Assembly: GCA_963748015.1 (NCBI GenBank)
Contig: CAVVHE010000004.1
Span: 2,112,001 to 2,176,000 of the forward strand
Origin: Terriglobia bacterium
GTDB lineage: Bacteria; Acidobacteriota; Polarisedimenticolia; Polarisedimenticolales; JAIQFR01
DNA: 64,000 nt
Direction of reading: 5' to 3'
Shown here: positions 1-8,971 of the stretch, piece by piece
Position numbering within the stretch: position 1 is the first letter of the stretch
Layout: the number at the start of each line of letters is the position of its first letter
Program-made: the position numbers and the translations under genes
The notes under the pieces: generated by a model
What the model was told of the DNA's origin: nothing
Databases searched by the model: none
What the model saw: the letters and a program-made list of their open reading frames with translations, nothing else

Positions 1-130
1 CGGCGGCCTCCTCTGGGACTATCTCGTGCTCAACCGAAAGCCGCACTCGAACTGGGAGGCCGAGGGCCTCGGCTGACCCGTCGGATCCTCCTCGGACCAT
101 CCCGCGGCGACGATGCCCGAGGCGACGGAC

Positions 131-1192
131 TCACTCGAGGATCAAGCCCCCGGGGCGCCCGGTCACGGCGGCGCCGATGCGCCACACGGGCTCGCCGGCC
201 GCACGGAACGCAGCGAGCACCGCGTCGGCGCGGCCGCCGTCGACGGCGGCGAGGAGGCCGCCCGACGTCTGCGGGTCGAACAGCAGACGGCGCTCCCACT
301 CCTCGAACGGGCGCAGGTACTCGGTCCACGCGCCGTAATACCCCTCGTTCCGCATCGAGCCGCCGGGGATCATCCCCTCGCGGGCGTACCGCTCGGCGCC
401 GGGGAGCAGCGGGACGTCCTTGAAGACCAGCCGGAGCGCGACGCCCGACTGCTCGGCGACCTCGTGGGCGTGGCCCGCGAGCGCGAACCCGGTCACGTCG
501 GTCAGCGCGTGGACGGCGCTTCCCTCGTCGCGGAGGATCCGCATCGCGCCTCTCGAGAGCCGCTCCATGCCGGCGATCGCGGCGTCGAGGTCGGCGTCGT
601 CCACCGCCTCGCGCTTGTGGGCCGTGGTGACCACGCCGGTCCCGACCGGCTTGGTGAGCAAGAGGACGTCGCCCGGCCGCGCGCCGCCCTTGGTCAGGAT
701 GCGGCCGGGGTGCACGAAGCCGGTCACGGCAAGGCCGTACTTGGGCTCCGCGTCCACGGTGCTGTGCCCGCCGGCGACGACCGCGCCCGCCTCGCGCACC
801 TTCTCGCCTCCGCCGCGCAGGACCTCGGCGAGCACCGACGGATCCAGGTCGTCCGGGAACGCGACCAGGTTGATCGCGAACTTCGGCTCGGCGCCCATCG
901 CGTAGAGGTCGGACATCGCGTTGGCCGCGGCGATCGCGCCGAAATGGTAGGGATCGTCCACGACCGGCGGAAAGAAGTCCGCCGTCTGGACGATCGCGCG
1001 CTCGTCGTCGATCCGCCAGACGAGGGCGTCGTCGAGCTCCTTGAGCCCCCGGAGCAGCTCCGGGTGGCTGTCGGCGTCGAACATCCCGGCGAGCGGGCGC
1101 AGCACCTGCGCCAGGGCCTCCGGCCCCATCTTGCTCGCTCAGCCGGCGCAGGACGCCAACGTCGTCAGCCGGATCCGGTGCGCTTGCGACAT
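131..1192 (-). CDS. selD: Selenide, water dikinase (selenophosphate synthetase), selenocysteine-containing; in-frame UGA at codon 18 (1139-1141)
   Basis: ATG at 1192 reads MSQAHRIRLTTLASCAG-TGA-ASKMGPEALAQVL, in frame with the 332-aa ORF 131..1129. SelD motifs DDA, QTADFF, ANAMSDLYAMG, GGHS, TDVTGF and LFDPQTSGGLL are present, and the TGA falls at the catalytic Cys/Sec position of the CxG(C/U)xxK motif. Confidence 0.93.
1083..1141 (-). promoter_or_regulatory. Putative bacterial SECIS element directly 3' of the selD UGA
   Basis: mRNA after the UGA reads GCGAGCAAGAUG-GGGCC-GGA-GGCCC-U-GGCGCAG-GUG-CUGCGCC-C-GCUCGC. The first hairpin loop starts with G about 17 nt after the UGA, and the flanking GCGAGC/GCUCGC can pair. 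Confidence 0.6.
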
Positions 1193-1239
1193 CTGCCGCG
1201 CTCCTCCCGCCCGTAGCCTAGGCGATCCGCGCGCCCGAC

Positions 1240-1839
1240 TCAACGCAAGGCGTCGGCGACGCGGTCCCAGGCGACGAGGGTCCACCAGGCGTCGACGTAG
1301 TCGGCGCGCCGGTTCTGGTACTTGAGGTAGTAGGCGTGCTCCCACACGTCGACGACCAGGAGCGACTTTCCGCCGGTCATCTCGGGGCAGTCGTGCCCCG
1401 GCGTGCCCGCCACCTGGAGCTTGCCGTCCTTGAGGTACAGCCACGCCCAGCCCGAGCCGAACTGGCCGATCGCGGCCTGCGTGAGCTTCGCCTTGAAGTC
1501 GGCGAAGGAGCCGAACGCCGAGGCGATCGCGGTCCCGAGCTCTCCCGCGGGCTGGCCGCCTCCGCCCGTCTTCATCGTTCGCCAGTACAGGTTGTGGGCG
1601 AAGTGGCCGCCGCCGTTGTTCCGGACGGTCGCGCGGATCCCTTCCGGCACCCGGGCGAGGTCCGAGATCAGCTCGACCAGCGAGAGCTCTTGCAGGGCGG
1701 GATGCGGCTCGAGTGCCTTGTTCAGGTTGTTGACGTAGGCGGCGTGATGCTTGTCGTGGTGGATCTCGAGCGTCCTGGCGTCGAGGACCGGCTCGAGCGC
1801 GTCGAAGGGATAGGGGAGCGGGTCGAGGACGTGTGCCAT
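1240..1839 (-). CDS. sodA: Fe/Mn superoxide dismutase, divergent paralog (His at the usual second-sphere Gln position)
   Basis: MAHVLDPLPYPFDALEP start, with [26 protein letters not shown] and [15 protein letters not shown]. Start set at ATG 1839 behind an AAGGAGG RBS. Confidence 0.93.
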   Translation of the reverse strand: MAHVLDPLPYPFDALEPVLDARTLEIHHDKHHAAYVNNLNKALEPHPALQELSLVELISDLARVPEGIRATVRNNGGGHFAHNLYWRTMKTGGGGQPAGELGTAIASAFGSFADFKAKLTQAAIGQFGSGWAWLYLKDGKLQVAGTPGHDCPEMTGGKSLLVVDVWEHAYYLKYQNRRADYVDAWWTLVAWDRVADALR

Positions 1840-1903
1840 GTCGGGAACCTCCTTGATGCGAACGTTCCTCTCGAGGTTCCCGGATTGTATCTCAGAGTCG
1901 TCG

Positions 1904-2083
1904 TCAGGCAGGGACGATCGGCGGATCGAACCCGTCGCGCCGCTCCTTCTCGAGCTCCTTGAGAAGGTTGTCGACCGTGCGCTCGAGAAGGGCCTGGACG
2001 TCCAGCCCTTCGCGCTCCGCCGCCTCCTGGAAGGCGCGGTACGCCTCGTCGGGGATCTCGACACAGATCCGGACCTTCGACAT
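1904..2083 (-). CDS. Small hypothetical protein, ribbon-helix-helix-like
   Basis: MSKVRICVEIPDEAYRAFQEAAEREGLDVQALLERTV shows an alternating beta strand followed by two helices; GGAGGTG RBS precedes ATG 2083. Confidence 0.6.
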   Translation of the reverse strand: MSKVRICVEIPDEAYRAFQEAAEREGLDVQALLERTVDNLLKELEKERRDGFDPPIVPA

Positions 2084-2113
2084 CGGCACCTCCCCGCGGC
2101 GGCCAACGACGCT

Positions 2114-2506
2114 CTAGGCCGCCGGCACCCCCTTGAAGCCGTAGCAGAGGATCCCGCCGTGGCCTTCCTTTCGGATCTTCCGGAAGACCAGCGTGACCTC
2201 CATGCCGGGGAGAACGGTCGCGGGATCGCAGTCCACGACCTGCGCCGTCAGGCGCGCTCCCTCCGGGGTCTCGATGACCGCCATCGCGTAGGGCGACTCC
2301 ATCTGGAATTCGGTCGGGGGGATCTCCACGACGGTGGACGTGACGACCTTCCCCTTCCAGGACAGGGTGATCGCTTCCCACGCCTTCCCGCGGCACGTGG
2401 GACAGACCCGCCGGGGCGGGAACGCGACCTTGCCGCAGCCGCGGCAGCGGGCCGCCTCGAGGCGGAAGCGGTTCGGGACCTCTCTCCAGTATCTCGGGCT
2501 CGGCAT
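2114..2506 (-). CDS. DUF35 family Zn-ribbon/OB-fold protein (thiolase-HMGCS scaffold)
   Basis: MPSPRYWRE...CRGCG...FPPRRVCPTC...YGFKGVP has two CxxC pairs plus an OB-fold, and lies directly downstream of the thiolase. Confidence 0.92.
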   Translation of the reverse strand: MPSPRYWREVPNRFRLEAARCRGCGKVAFPPRRVCPTCRGKAWEAITLSWKGKVVTSTVVEIPPTEFQMESPYAMAVIETPEGARLTAQVVDCDPATVLPGMEVTLVFRKIRKEGHGGILCYGFKGVPAA

Positions 2507-2508
2507 GG

Positions 2509-3657
2509 TCAGACCCTCTCGAGAACGTGGACCACGGAGCTGGCTCCGGAGCCTCCCATGTTCTGGGCCAGGCCGATCCGCGCACCGCGGACCTGGCGCT
2601 CGCCCGCATCCCCGCGCAACTGCTCGAAGATCTCGATCGCCTGCGCGATCCCGGTGGCGCCCACCGGGTGCCCCTTCGACTTGAGCCCGCCGCTGGTGTT
2701 CACCGGGATCTTCCCGCCGAGGCCGGTGACGCCGGTTCGGGCCGCGTGGCGCCCCTCCCCTCTCGGGACGAAGCCGAGCGCCTCGATGCAGCAGATCTCC
2801 GCGATCGCGAAGCAGTCGTGCACCTCGGCGACCTGCACGTCCTTGGGGCCGATCCCGGCCATCTTGTACGCGCGCTCGGCCGACAGCGCGACCGAGTCGA
2901 GGAACGCGGGGTCCTTCCGGTCCGCGAGCGCCATCGAGCTGGTCGCGAAGCCGACGCCGCGGATCTTCACCGGGCGGTCGGTGTACTTCTTCGCTTGGTC
3001 GAGCGGGCAGAGCAGCACGGCCGCAGCGCCGTCGCTCACCGGCGAGCAGAGAAGGAGCCGCAGCGGCTCGGACACCATCGAGGACTTCATCACCTCTTCC
3101 AGCTTGACCTCGCGCCGGAACTGCGCTTTCGGGTTCTTCGCGCCGTGGAGGTGGTTCTTCACCGCCACCCACGCGAGGTCCTCGTCCGTCGTCCCGTGCG
3201 CCTGCATGTGGGCGCGGGCGATCATCGCGTAGAGGCCGGGGAAGGTGATCCCGTGATACGCCTCGGTCTCCTGGTCGGCGGCGGTCGCGAGCACCGCCGT
3301 GACGTCGGCGCCGTCGGTCATCTTCTCGACGCCCGTCGCGAGGACGAGGTCGCTCGCCCCCGAGGCGACCTCGAGGAACGCCGACCGCAGCGCGACGCCG
3401 CCGGAGGCGCAGGCGCACTCGACCCTCGTGGCCGCGACCCCCGCCATCCCGAGGTGGTCGGCCATCAGCGGGCCGAGGTGCTCCTGGCCGACGAACTGCC
3501 CCGCCGCCATGTTGCCGACGTAGATCGAGTCGATCCGGTCGACCTTCGCGTTCTCGAGAGCCTCCGTCGCGGCCTCGACGAAGAGGTCGCGCAGGCTCGA
3601 TTCCCACAACTCGCCGAACCGGGTCATCCCGGCCGATACGATCGCCACCTCGCGCAT
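2509..3657 (-). CDS. Acetyl-CoA acetyltransferase (thiolase), archaeal/SCP2-like type
   Basis: VECACASGG (catalytic Cys), [23 protein letters not shown] and QNMGG motifs. Confidence 0.93.
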   Translation of the reverse strand: MREVAIVSAGMTRFGELWESSLRDLFVEAATEALENAKVDRIDSIYVGNMAAGQFVGQEHLGPLMADHLGMAGVAATRVECACASGGVALRSAFLEVASGASDLVLATGVEKMTDGADVTAVLATAADQETEAYHGITFPGLYAMIARAHMQAHGTTDEDLAWVAVKNHLHGAKNPKAQFRREVKLEEVMKSSMVSEPLRLLLCSPVSDGAAAVLLCPLDQAKKYTDRPVKIRGVGFATSSMALADRKDPAFLDSVALSAERAYKMAGIGPKDVQVAEVHDCFAIAEICCIEALGFVPRGEGRHAARTGVTGLGGKIPVNTSGGLKSKGHPVGATGIAQAIEIFEQLRGDAGERQVRGARIGLAQNMGGSGASSVVHVLERV

Positions 3658-3673
3658 CGCGCTCCCTCCCCCG

Positions 3674-4720
3674 TCAGTCGTTGAGGATGATCTTCTCGCG
3701 GAACTTCGCGTACTCGCCGTAGGTCAGGTACCGCCGCGACCCGTCGAGCATGGACCGCACGGTCGCCGCGCGCCCCTGCCGCTCGGGCAGGAGGCCGGTC
3801 GCCTTGAGCACGAACGAGTCGCTGCCGGCGCCCGACCCGAACGAGGTGATCAGGATGAGATCCCCGGGAGCCGCCACGTCGAGAACGGCCGCGAGCCCCG
3901 TGGGCGACGAGCCGGAGTAGGTGTTCCCCATGGTGTTGACGATCCACCCGGTGTCGAGCTGCTCCTTCTTGAAGCCGAGCTCCTTCCCCGCCTGGAGCGG
4001 GAACTTCCCGTTCGGCATGTGGAAGACCGCGTAGCGGAAGTCGGACGGCTTGTAACCCGTCTTCGCGAGGATCCCGCGCGTCGCGCTGAGCACGTGCTTG
4101 AAGTACGCGGGCTCGCCGGTGAACCGGCCGCCGTGGCGCGGGTAGAACTGCCCCTCGCGGCGCCAGAAGTCGGGGGTGTCGGTCGTGTAGCTGTAGGTTT
4201 CGAGCACGTCGACCAGGACGTCGTTCTTCCCGAAGATGTAGGCCGCGCCGCCGGCCGACGCGGAGAACTCGAGCGCGTCGTTCGGCGCGCCCTGCGAGGT
4301 GTCGGCGCCGATTCCCATCGCGTACTCGACCCGGCCCGACTCGACGAGCCCGAGCGCGACGAACATCGCCTCGGTCCCCGCCTTGCACGCGAACTCGAAG
4401 TCGGCGACGTGAACCTCGGGCGCGATGCCGAGCGCCTCGATCACCACCGTGCCGCTCGGCTTCACCGCGTACGGATGCGACTCCGACCCGATGTAGAGCG
4501 CGCCGATCTTCTGGGGATCGATCCCGGCGCGGGCGAGCGCTCCACGGCCCGCGGCGACCGAGATCGTGATCGTGTCCTCGTCGAGTCCGGGAACCGACTT
4601 CTCCTCGAGGAGAAGCCCCCTTCGGATCCCGGCGGGATCCCTGCCCCATTGCCGCGCGATCTCCTCGGCCTTGATCCGGTTGCGCGGAATGTATGCGCCG
4701 TACCCCACGATACCCGCCAT
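3674..4720 (-). CDS. Hydroxymethylglutaryl-CoA synthase, archaeal type
   Basis: [25 protein letters not shown] (catalytic Glu), EFACKAGT (catalytic Cys), FHMPNGKFP (His), GNTYSGS and SFGSGAGSD. Confidence 0.92.
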   Translation of the reverse strand: MAGIVGYGAYIPRNRIKAEEIARQWGRDPAGIRRGLLLEEKSVPGLDEDTITISVAAGRGALARAGIDPQKIGALYIGSESHPYAVKPSGTVVIEALGIAPEVHVADFEFACKAGTEAMFVALGLVESGRVEYAMGIGADTSQGAPNDALEFSASAGGAAYIFGKNDVLVDVLETYSYTTDTPDFWRREGQFYPRHGGRFTGEPAYFKHVLSATRGILAKTGYKPSDFRYAVFHMPNGKFPLQAGKELGFKKEQLDTGWIVNTMGNTYSGSSPTGLAAVLDVAAPGDLILITSFGSGAGSDSFVLKATGLLPERQGRAATVRSMLDGSRRYLTYGEYAKFREKIILND

Positions 4721-4825
4721 GGCTCCTCCTCACGGGGAAAGAAACGGCCCGTCTCGAACCGGCGAAGCCTAACAGATACCGCCGATCGAAGGGAATGGCA
4801 ACGGCGCGTTTTGTGGAGGGCGCGG

Positions 4826-4865
4826 GCGGAGGGACGGCAACCGTTGCCGGTTGCCGTCCCTCCGC
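4826..4865 (-). terminator. 18-bp perfect hairpin downstream of sodA (GCAA tetraloop on the minus strand)
   Basis: gcggagggacggcaaccg-ttgc-cggttgccgtccctccgc, just after the sod stop codon; no clear U-tract. Confidence 0.6.
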
Positions 4866-4871
4866 GGGGGG

Positions 4872-5483
4872 TTACTTCAAGGCGAGCGCGTAATTCTCTT
4901 CGGCCTGCTCCCAGTTGACCACGTTCCACCAGGCCTCGACGTAATCGGGGCGGCGGTTCTGGTACTTGAGGTAGTAGGCGTGCTCCCAGACGTCGAGGCC
5001 GACAACGGGCTTCCCGCCGGTCATGACCGGCGTGTCCTGGTTCGGCGTCGAGTCCACGACCAGCTTGCCGTCCTGGACGAGGAGCCAGGCCCAGCCGGAG
5101 CCGAAACGGCCGGCCGCGGCCTGGGCGAACTTCGCCTTGAAGTCGGGGAACGATCCGAAGGTCGTCTGGATCGCACCGGCGAGACGGCCGACGGGCTCTC
5201 CGCCGCCCCCCTTCTTCATGAGCTTCCAGAAGAGATCGTGGTTGAAGTGCCCGCCGCCGTTGTTGCGGACGGCGGTGCGGGCCGACTCGGGCACCTTGCT
5301 CAGGTCGGCGAGGAGGGCCGGAAGCGCCAACGCGGAGAGGGCGGCCTGCCCTTCCAGCGCCTTGTTCAGGTTGGTGACGTAGGCCGCGTGGTGCTTGTCG
5401 TGGTGGATCTCCATCGTCCGCGCGTCGATGCAAGGCTCCAGCGCGTCGAACGAATAGGGCAGTGCGGGCAACTCGTGGGCCAT
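4872..5483 (-). CDS. sodA: Superoxide dismutase, Mn-type
   Basis: [37 protein letters not shown] (Mn-type Gly/Gln signature) and [15 protein letters not shown]. Confidence 0.95.
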   Translation of the reverse strand: MAHELPALPYSFDALEPCIDARTMEIHHDKHHAAYVTNLNKALEGQAALSALALPALLADLSKVPESARTAVRNNGGGHFNHDLFWKLMKKGGGGEPVGRLAGAIQTTFGSFPDFKAKFAQAAAGRFGSGWAWLLVQDGKLVVDSTPNQDTPVMTGGKPVVGLDVWEHAYYLKYQNRRPDYVEAWWNVVNWEQAEENYALALK

Positions 5484-5615
5484 CCAAATCCTCCCGGGTT
5501 CGAACCCTCTATATAGCGGACAATTTCAGTCCTCATTCTAGAGGGCCGCCGTCGAGTCGGCAAGTGGCCAGGATCCGCCTGCGCCGTCCGGGAGAGCGTG
5601 TAGAATCGACCGCAC

Positions 5616-6578
5616 ATGTCGCAGTCACGAATCGCCGTCATCGCGCTGGCGCTCGCCGCGCTCCCCCTGGGAGCGGCTAGAGCGGAGGAGCCGCCGACGG
5701 CGGCGTCTACCGGCGCGCCGCAAACGGAGACGGCCGCGCTCGACCGCGTCGGGTTGTACCTCGCGAGCCAGCCGGATTACGCCGCGCTGCAGCTCGACAC
5801 GGCGGGCCGCACGTCGCCGGACGCTCCCTACCGCCTGGTCGTGATCCACGGCGGGCGCCCGGTTCTGGATTTCGGCCTGCGCAACGAGCGAAAGCTCGTA
5901 CCGGCGGGCGAGGGTCAGGGAGAGAGGACGTTCGAAGAGGGGATCATCGACAACGCCGAGGTCGCCCCCGACGGGAGGTCGGCCGCGATCCTCTCCACCC
6001 AGTACCGGCGGCCCGCCGAGGACGGCGCGCAGAGCCCCGACGGTAGCGAGCCGCCCCGGCCGGTCGGCACCTCGGTCGTCTCCTGGGTGGACGCGAAGCG
6101 TCCCGAGGCGCGATTCAGCGTCAAGGTGGAAGCGGGGCGCTGGGTGAAGGAGCTCCTCCCGCTCGCCGCGGGGGCGGGGCTCGCGCTGTCCACCACGCGA
6201 GGTCTCACCGCTCCGGCGGACTTCGAGCTCTACGGCCCCGACGGGCGCGAGGCCTTCCACATCGGCGAAGCCGAGGGCTCGGTGACCGACCTCACCTCCA
6301 CGAACAACGGCGCGTTCCTCGCGGTGAGCCTCGCGTACCCCGAGCGCCCCGGCCTCCCGCAGATGGGAATCCTCGTGCTCGACCTCCTCCGCGGGACCCG
6401 CTGGGCCTATACCTGGTCGTACGGAGAAGCGGGCGATCCGATCTCTTGGAGCCTAGAGGACAGCGGCGTGCTCGAGGTGAAGGTCCCCGGCAAGATCGTC
6501 CGCTACGATCGGAACGGCGCGCCGCTCCGCTCCGACGGCGGCTCCGGCAAGCGCAAGGGCAAGACGGGGCGAGCGTGA
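5616..6578 (+). CDS. Secreted hypothetical protein (possible beta-propeller-like)
   Basis: Signal peptide MSQSRIAVIALALAALPLGAARA|EE, high-GC3 codon usage and beta-strand-rich repeats (VAPDGR, YGPDGR, YDRNG). Confidence 0.7.
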   Translation: MSQSRIAVIALALAALPLGAARAEEPPTAASTGAPQTETAALDRVGLYLASQPDYAALQLDTAGRTSPDAPYRLVVIHGGRPVLDFGLRNERKLVPAGEGQGERTFEEGIIDNAEVAPDGRSAAILSTQYRRPAEDGAQSPDGSEPPRPVGTSVVSWVDAKRPEARFSVKVEAGRWVKELLPLAAGAGLALSTTRGLTAPADFELYGPDGREAFHIGEAEGSVTDLTSTNNGAFLAVSLAYPERPGLPQMGILVLDLLRGTRWAYTWSYGEAGDPISWSLEDSGVLEVKVPGKIVRYDRNGAPLRSDGGSGKRKGKTGRA

Positions 6579-6670
6579 TCGAAGCGCGGGGCCTCCGGAA
6601 GTCGTTCGGCGCGATCGGAGCCGCCGGTTTAGCGCCGCGCGCCTTTCGCCTCGCCCGCGCCGACGGCTAG
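6575..6670 (+). pseudogene. Remnant of an ABC transporter ATP-binding gene (31 codons)
   Basis: GTGA overlap with the upstream stop; reads MIEARGLRKSFG, a canonical ABC ATPase N-terminus, then terminates. Confidence 0.45.
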
Positions 6671-6692
6671 GCCCGGTCTCCGGCTCCCGGCG

Positions 6693-8021
6693 CTAGCGTG
6701 ACCCGCTCGCCGCCTTTCGCGGCGACAGCAAGGCGCGGAGCAGGTCGGGCAACCGGTCGCCGGCGTCTCCCGCGACGACCGCCACGCGGTCGCCGGACCT
6801 CTTGAAGGCGAGGCCGGGACGGGAGGGCAGCGACGCCGCGAACTCCTCGGCGTCGCGCTTCGTGTCCCAAGCCGTGGCGAGCAGGACGACGCGCTTACCG
6901 TCCTGGGCCCAGAGCTCCCAGCGGTCGCCGCCCCATCCCGCCGCGGCGGCGTTGGTCCAGGCCTCGCCTCCCACGAAGGACCCCGCGTCCGCCAGGGAAG
7001 GCGTCGGCGCCCCGACGATCACGCCCAGCGTCAGCTCGCCGAGGACGCCGGTGCCCTCCTTCCGCCAGCCCTCCCCGAGACGCTGTCCCGCGTCTCCGAG
7101 CACGACGCGGCGCGGACGGTCGCGCTTCGTCGCGTCCCAGTACTTCTCGGGATGGAGGATCTGCTCCGAGGATTCGGGACCTTCGCGGTACGCGCGATCG
7201 GCGTCCTCGGCGGGGAAGGTGCCGAGCCCCATCGCGCCGCCCTTGCCGCGGAGAAGGAACCTCGCGCCGAGGAAGTACGCGCCCAGGAGCTGCCGCCGCA
7301 AGGCGGGGGCCATCGCCTGGAGCTTCTCCCCTTTCCCCGCCTCGCTCTCCGAGAGCTCCTGCAGGTCGGTCGCCTTGAGCCGCCCCTCGATCGCGGCGCG
7401 CGCCCCGTAGAGGGCCATCACGAGCGTCGCGCTCCCCTCGTGAACCGCGCTTCGCGCGAAGATCTCGTCGTCGTCCCCCTTCACCGCGTTGAGACGCCCG
7501 TCCAGGTCGAAGTGCTGGTCCTCGAGGGCGTGGGTCAGCTCGTGCGAGGTGAGAAACGGGCCGACGCCTCGCGGCATGTGCCCCAGCAGGAAGAACGAGC
7601 CGGACTCCGGGTCGTAGAACCCGCCGGCCTGCTCGTCGAGAACATCGAGGTAGACCGCGAGCACGTCGGTGCTGGTCGGAACGAGGCCGAGAAGGACGTA
7701 GGCGGCCTGCTGGGCGCGGAGGTCCTCGTCGGTCGCGAAGAGGTGAAGGCGCTTCGTCGCGTAGGCACGCGCTTCCCCGTTGTCGATGATTCGCGCGGAC
7801 ACCGGCCGCTTGAATCGCAGCCCGCGGATCTGCTCGACCCGCGGCGAGACCTCCGCGATCAGCGCCTTGGGCTCGACCGTCCCGGCCACGGCCTCGGGCG
7901 GAGCCTCGGGGACGGGGTCGCCGCCGGTCGCGGCCGCCGCGCCCGTCGAGACCAGGAGGGCGGCGGAGAGCGCCAGCAGGGTGTTGAGGACCTTCGCGGA
8001 CACCCGTCGAGCTTTCAGCAT
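6693..8021 (-). CDS. Secreted putative zinc metallopeptidase (HExxH)
   Basis: Signal peptide; RGLRFKRPV, GFYDPE, SHELTHALEDQHF...AVHEGSAT, PESSEQILHPEKY and AAAGWGGDR. Confidence 0.8.
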   Translation of the reverse strand: MLKARRVSAKVLNTLLALSAALLVSTGAAAATGGDPVPEAPPEAVAGTVEPKALIAEVSPRVEQIRGLRFKRPVSARIIDNGEARAYATKRLHLFATDEDLRAQQAAYVLLGLVPTSTDVLAVYLDVLDEQAGGFYDPESGSFFLLGHMPRGVGPFLTSHELTHALEDQHFDLDGRLNAVKGDDDEIFARSAVHEGSATLVMALYGARAAIEGRLKATDLQELSESEAGKGEKLQAMAPALRRQLLGAYFLGARFLLRGKGGAMGLGTFPAEDADRAYREGPESSEQILHPEKYWDATKRDRPRRVVLGDAGQRLGEGWRKEGTGVLGELTLGVIVGAPTPSLADAGSFVGGEAWTNAAAAGWGGDRWELWAQDGKRVVLLATAWDTKRDAEEFAASLPSRPGLAFKRSGDRVAVVAGDAGDRLPDLLRALLSPRKAASGSR

Positions 8022-8119
8022 CGCCGCCTCGTCGAGCCACCGATCGCCGGTGCATCGTGGACCTCGGACAGTCTATCCTTCCCCGGGCCTTGGCCGCCCG
8101 GCGCGGGAGGGAAGGAGAC

Positions 8120-8926
8120 TTGACGGCTCCGAGGGAGGACGTTCTGGACCGGTGGCTCGACGCGCTCGAGGCGCGTCATCTGGCCGATCTGTCGTTCGCG
8201 GAGGTCCGGCACGGGCTCCAGGCGCTCTCGTCGCTCTACGTCGAGCGGCGCGACCGCGCGCCTCTCTCCGACGCCTTCCGCGGCGCCGGAAAGCGCGCGG
8301 CGTACGCCCTGTTCTACGGGCCGCTTCATTTCCTGGCCGTGCGGCGCATCGTTCGCGAGCTCGCGGCGGGCTCTCCCGCGCCGGAGAGGATTCTCGATCT
8401 CGGCTGCGGGACGGGAGCCGCCGGGGCCGCCTGGGCGATCGAGGCGGGAGGCGCGCCCGAGGTGCTCGGGTTGGACCGGGCCGAATGGGCCGTCGAGGAG
8501 ACCGCTCTGGCGCTCCGCTCTCTCGGGGTGCGCGGCCGGTCCCGCCGCGCCGACCTGGGTCGGCTGCCCCTTCCCGGCGGTTTCGCTGCGGTGGTCGCCG
8601 CCTACACCCTGAACGAGGTCGAGGCCGCCGTGCGCGAAGGGCTGATCGAGAAGTTGATTGCGGCCGCATCGGGCGGCGCGCGGGTGCTGATCGTCGAGCC
8701 CGTTTCCCGCCGGGCGGCGCCCTGGTGGGAGCGATCGTCCGCCGCGATCCGGTCGGCCGGGGGCCGCGACGACACCTGGCGATTCCCCGGCGGCCTGCCC
8801 GACCGGCTCCTGCGCCTCGGCCGCGCCGCGGGCCTCGATCCCCGGGAGATCTCGGCCCGAACCCTGTGGATCGGGAACCCAGGCCACGATCGGGCCATCC
8901 CTTCGCCCCGCGACGTCTCATCCTGA
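8120..8926 (+). CDS. Class I SAM-dependent methyltransferase (Rsm22-like)
   Basis: AYALFYGP, ILDLGCGTGA, AAYTLNE and LIVEP motifs; TTG start at 8120 after GGAAGGAG. Confidence 0.8.
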   Translation: MTAPREDVLDRWLDALEARHLADLSFAEVRHGLQALSSLYVERRDRAPLSDAFRGAGKRAAYALFYGPLHFLAVRRIVRELAAGSPAPERILDLGCGTGAAGAAWAIEAGGAPEVLGLDRAEWAVEETALALRSLGVRGRSRRADLGRLPLPGGFAAVVAAYTLNEVEAAVREGLIEKLIAAASGGARVLIVEPVSRRAAPWWERSSAAIRSAGGRDDTWRFPGGLPDRLLRLGRAAGLDPREISARTLWIGNPGHDRAIPSPRDVSS

Positions 8927-8929
8927 GAC
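8915..8929. promoter_or_regulatory. Palindromic operator-like site GTCTCA-N3-TGAGAC upstream of the kinase/bEBP gene
   Basis: Perfect 6-3-6 inverted repeat about 40 bp before ATG 8972; the same core recurs at 14019-14031. Confidence 0.45.
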
Positions 8930-8971
8930 TTTCCGGCCCAAATTGAACGCGCGCTGGCGTATATTCATGCC

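Noticed and set aside
1139..1141. selD as a nonsense pseudogene
   Set aside because: The stop is UGA precisely at the catalytic Cys/Sec site with a downstream hairpin, and the rest of the gene is intact.
2114..4720. PhlABC-type (phloroglucinol acetyltransferase) interpretation of the three-gene cluster
   Set aside because: The HMGCS homolog retains its catalytic Cys/Glu/His and no type III PKS (phlD) is present, so HMG-CoA synthesis is the simpler reading.
8955..8970. TGGCGTATATTCATGC as a sigma54 promoter for the kinase-bEBP gene
   Set aside because: GG-GC spacing is 11 nt rather than the required 10, and it is too close to the ATG.
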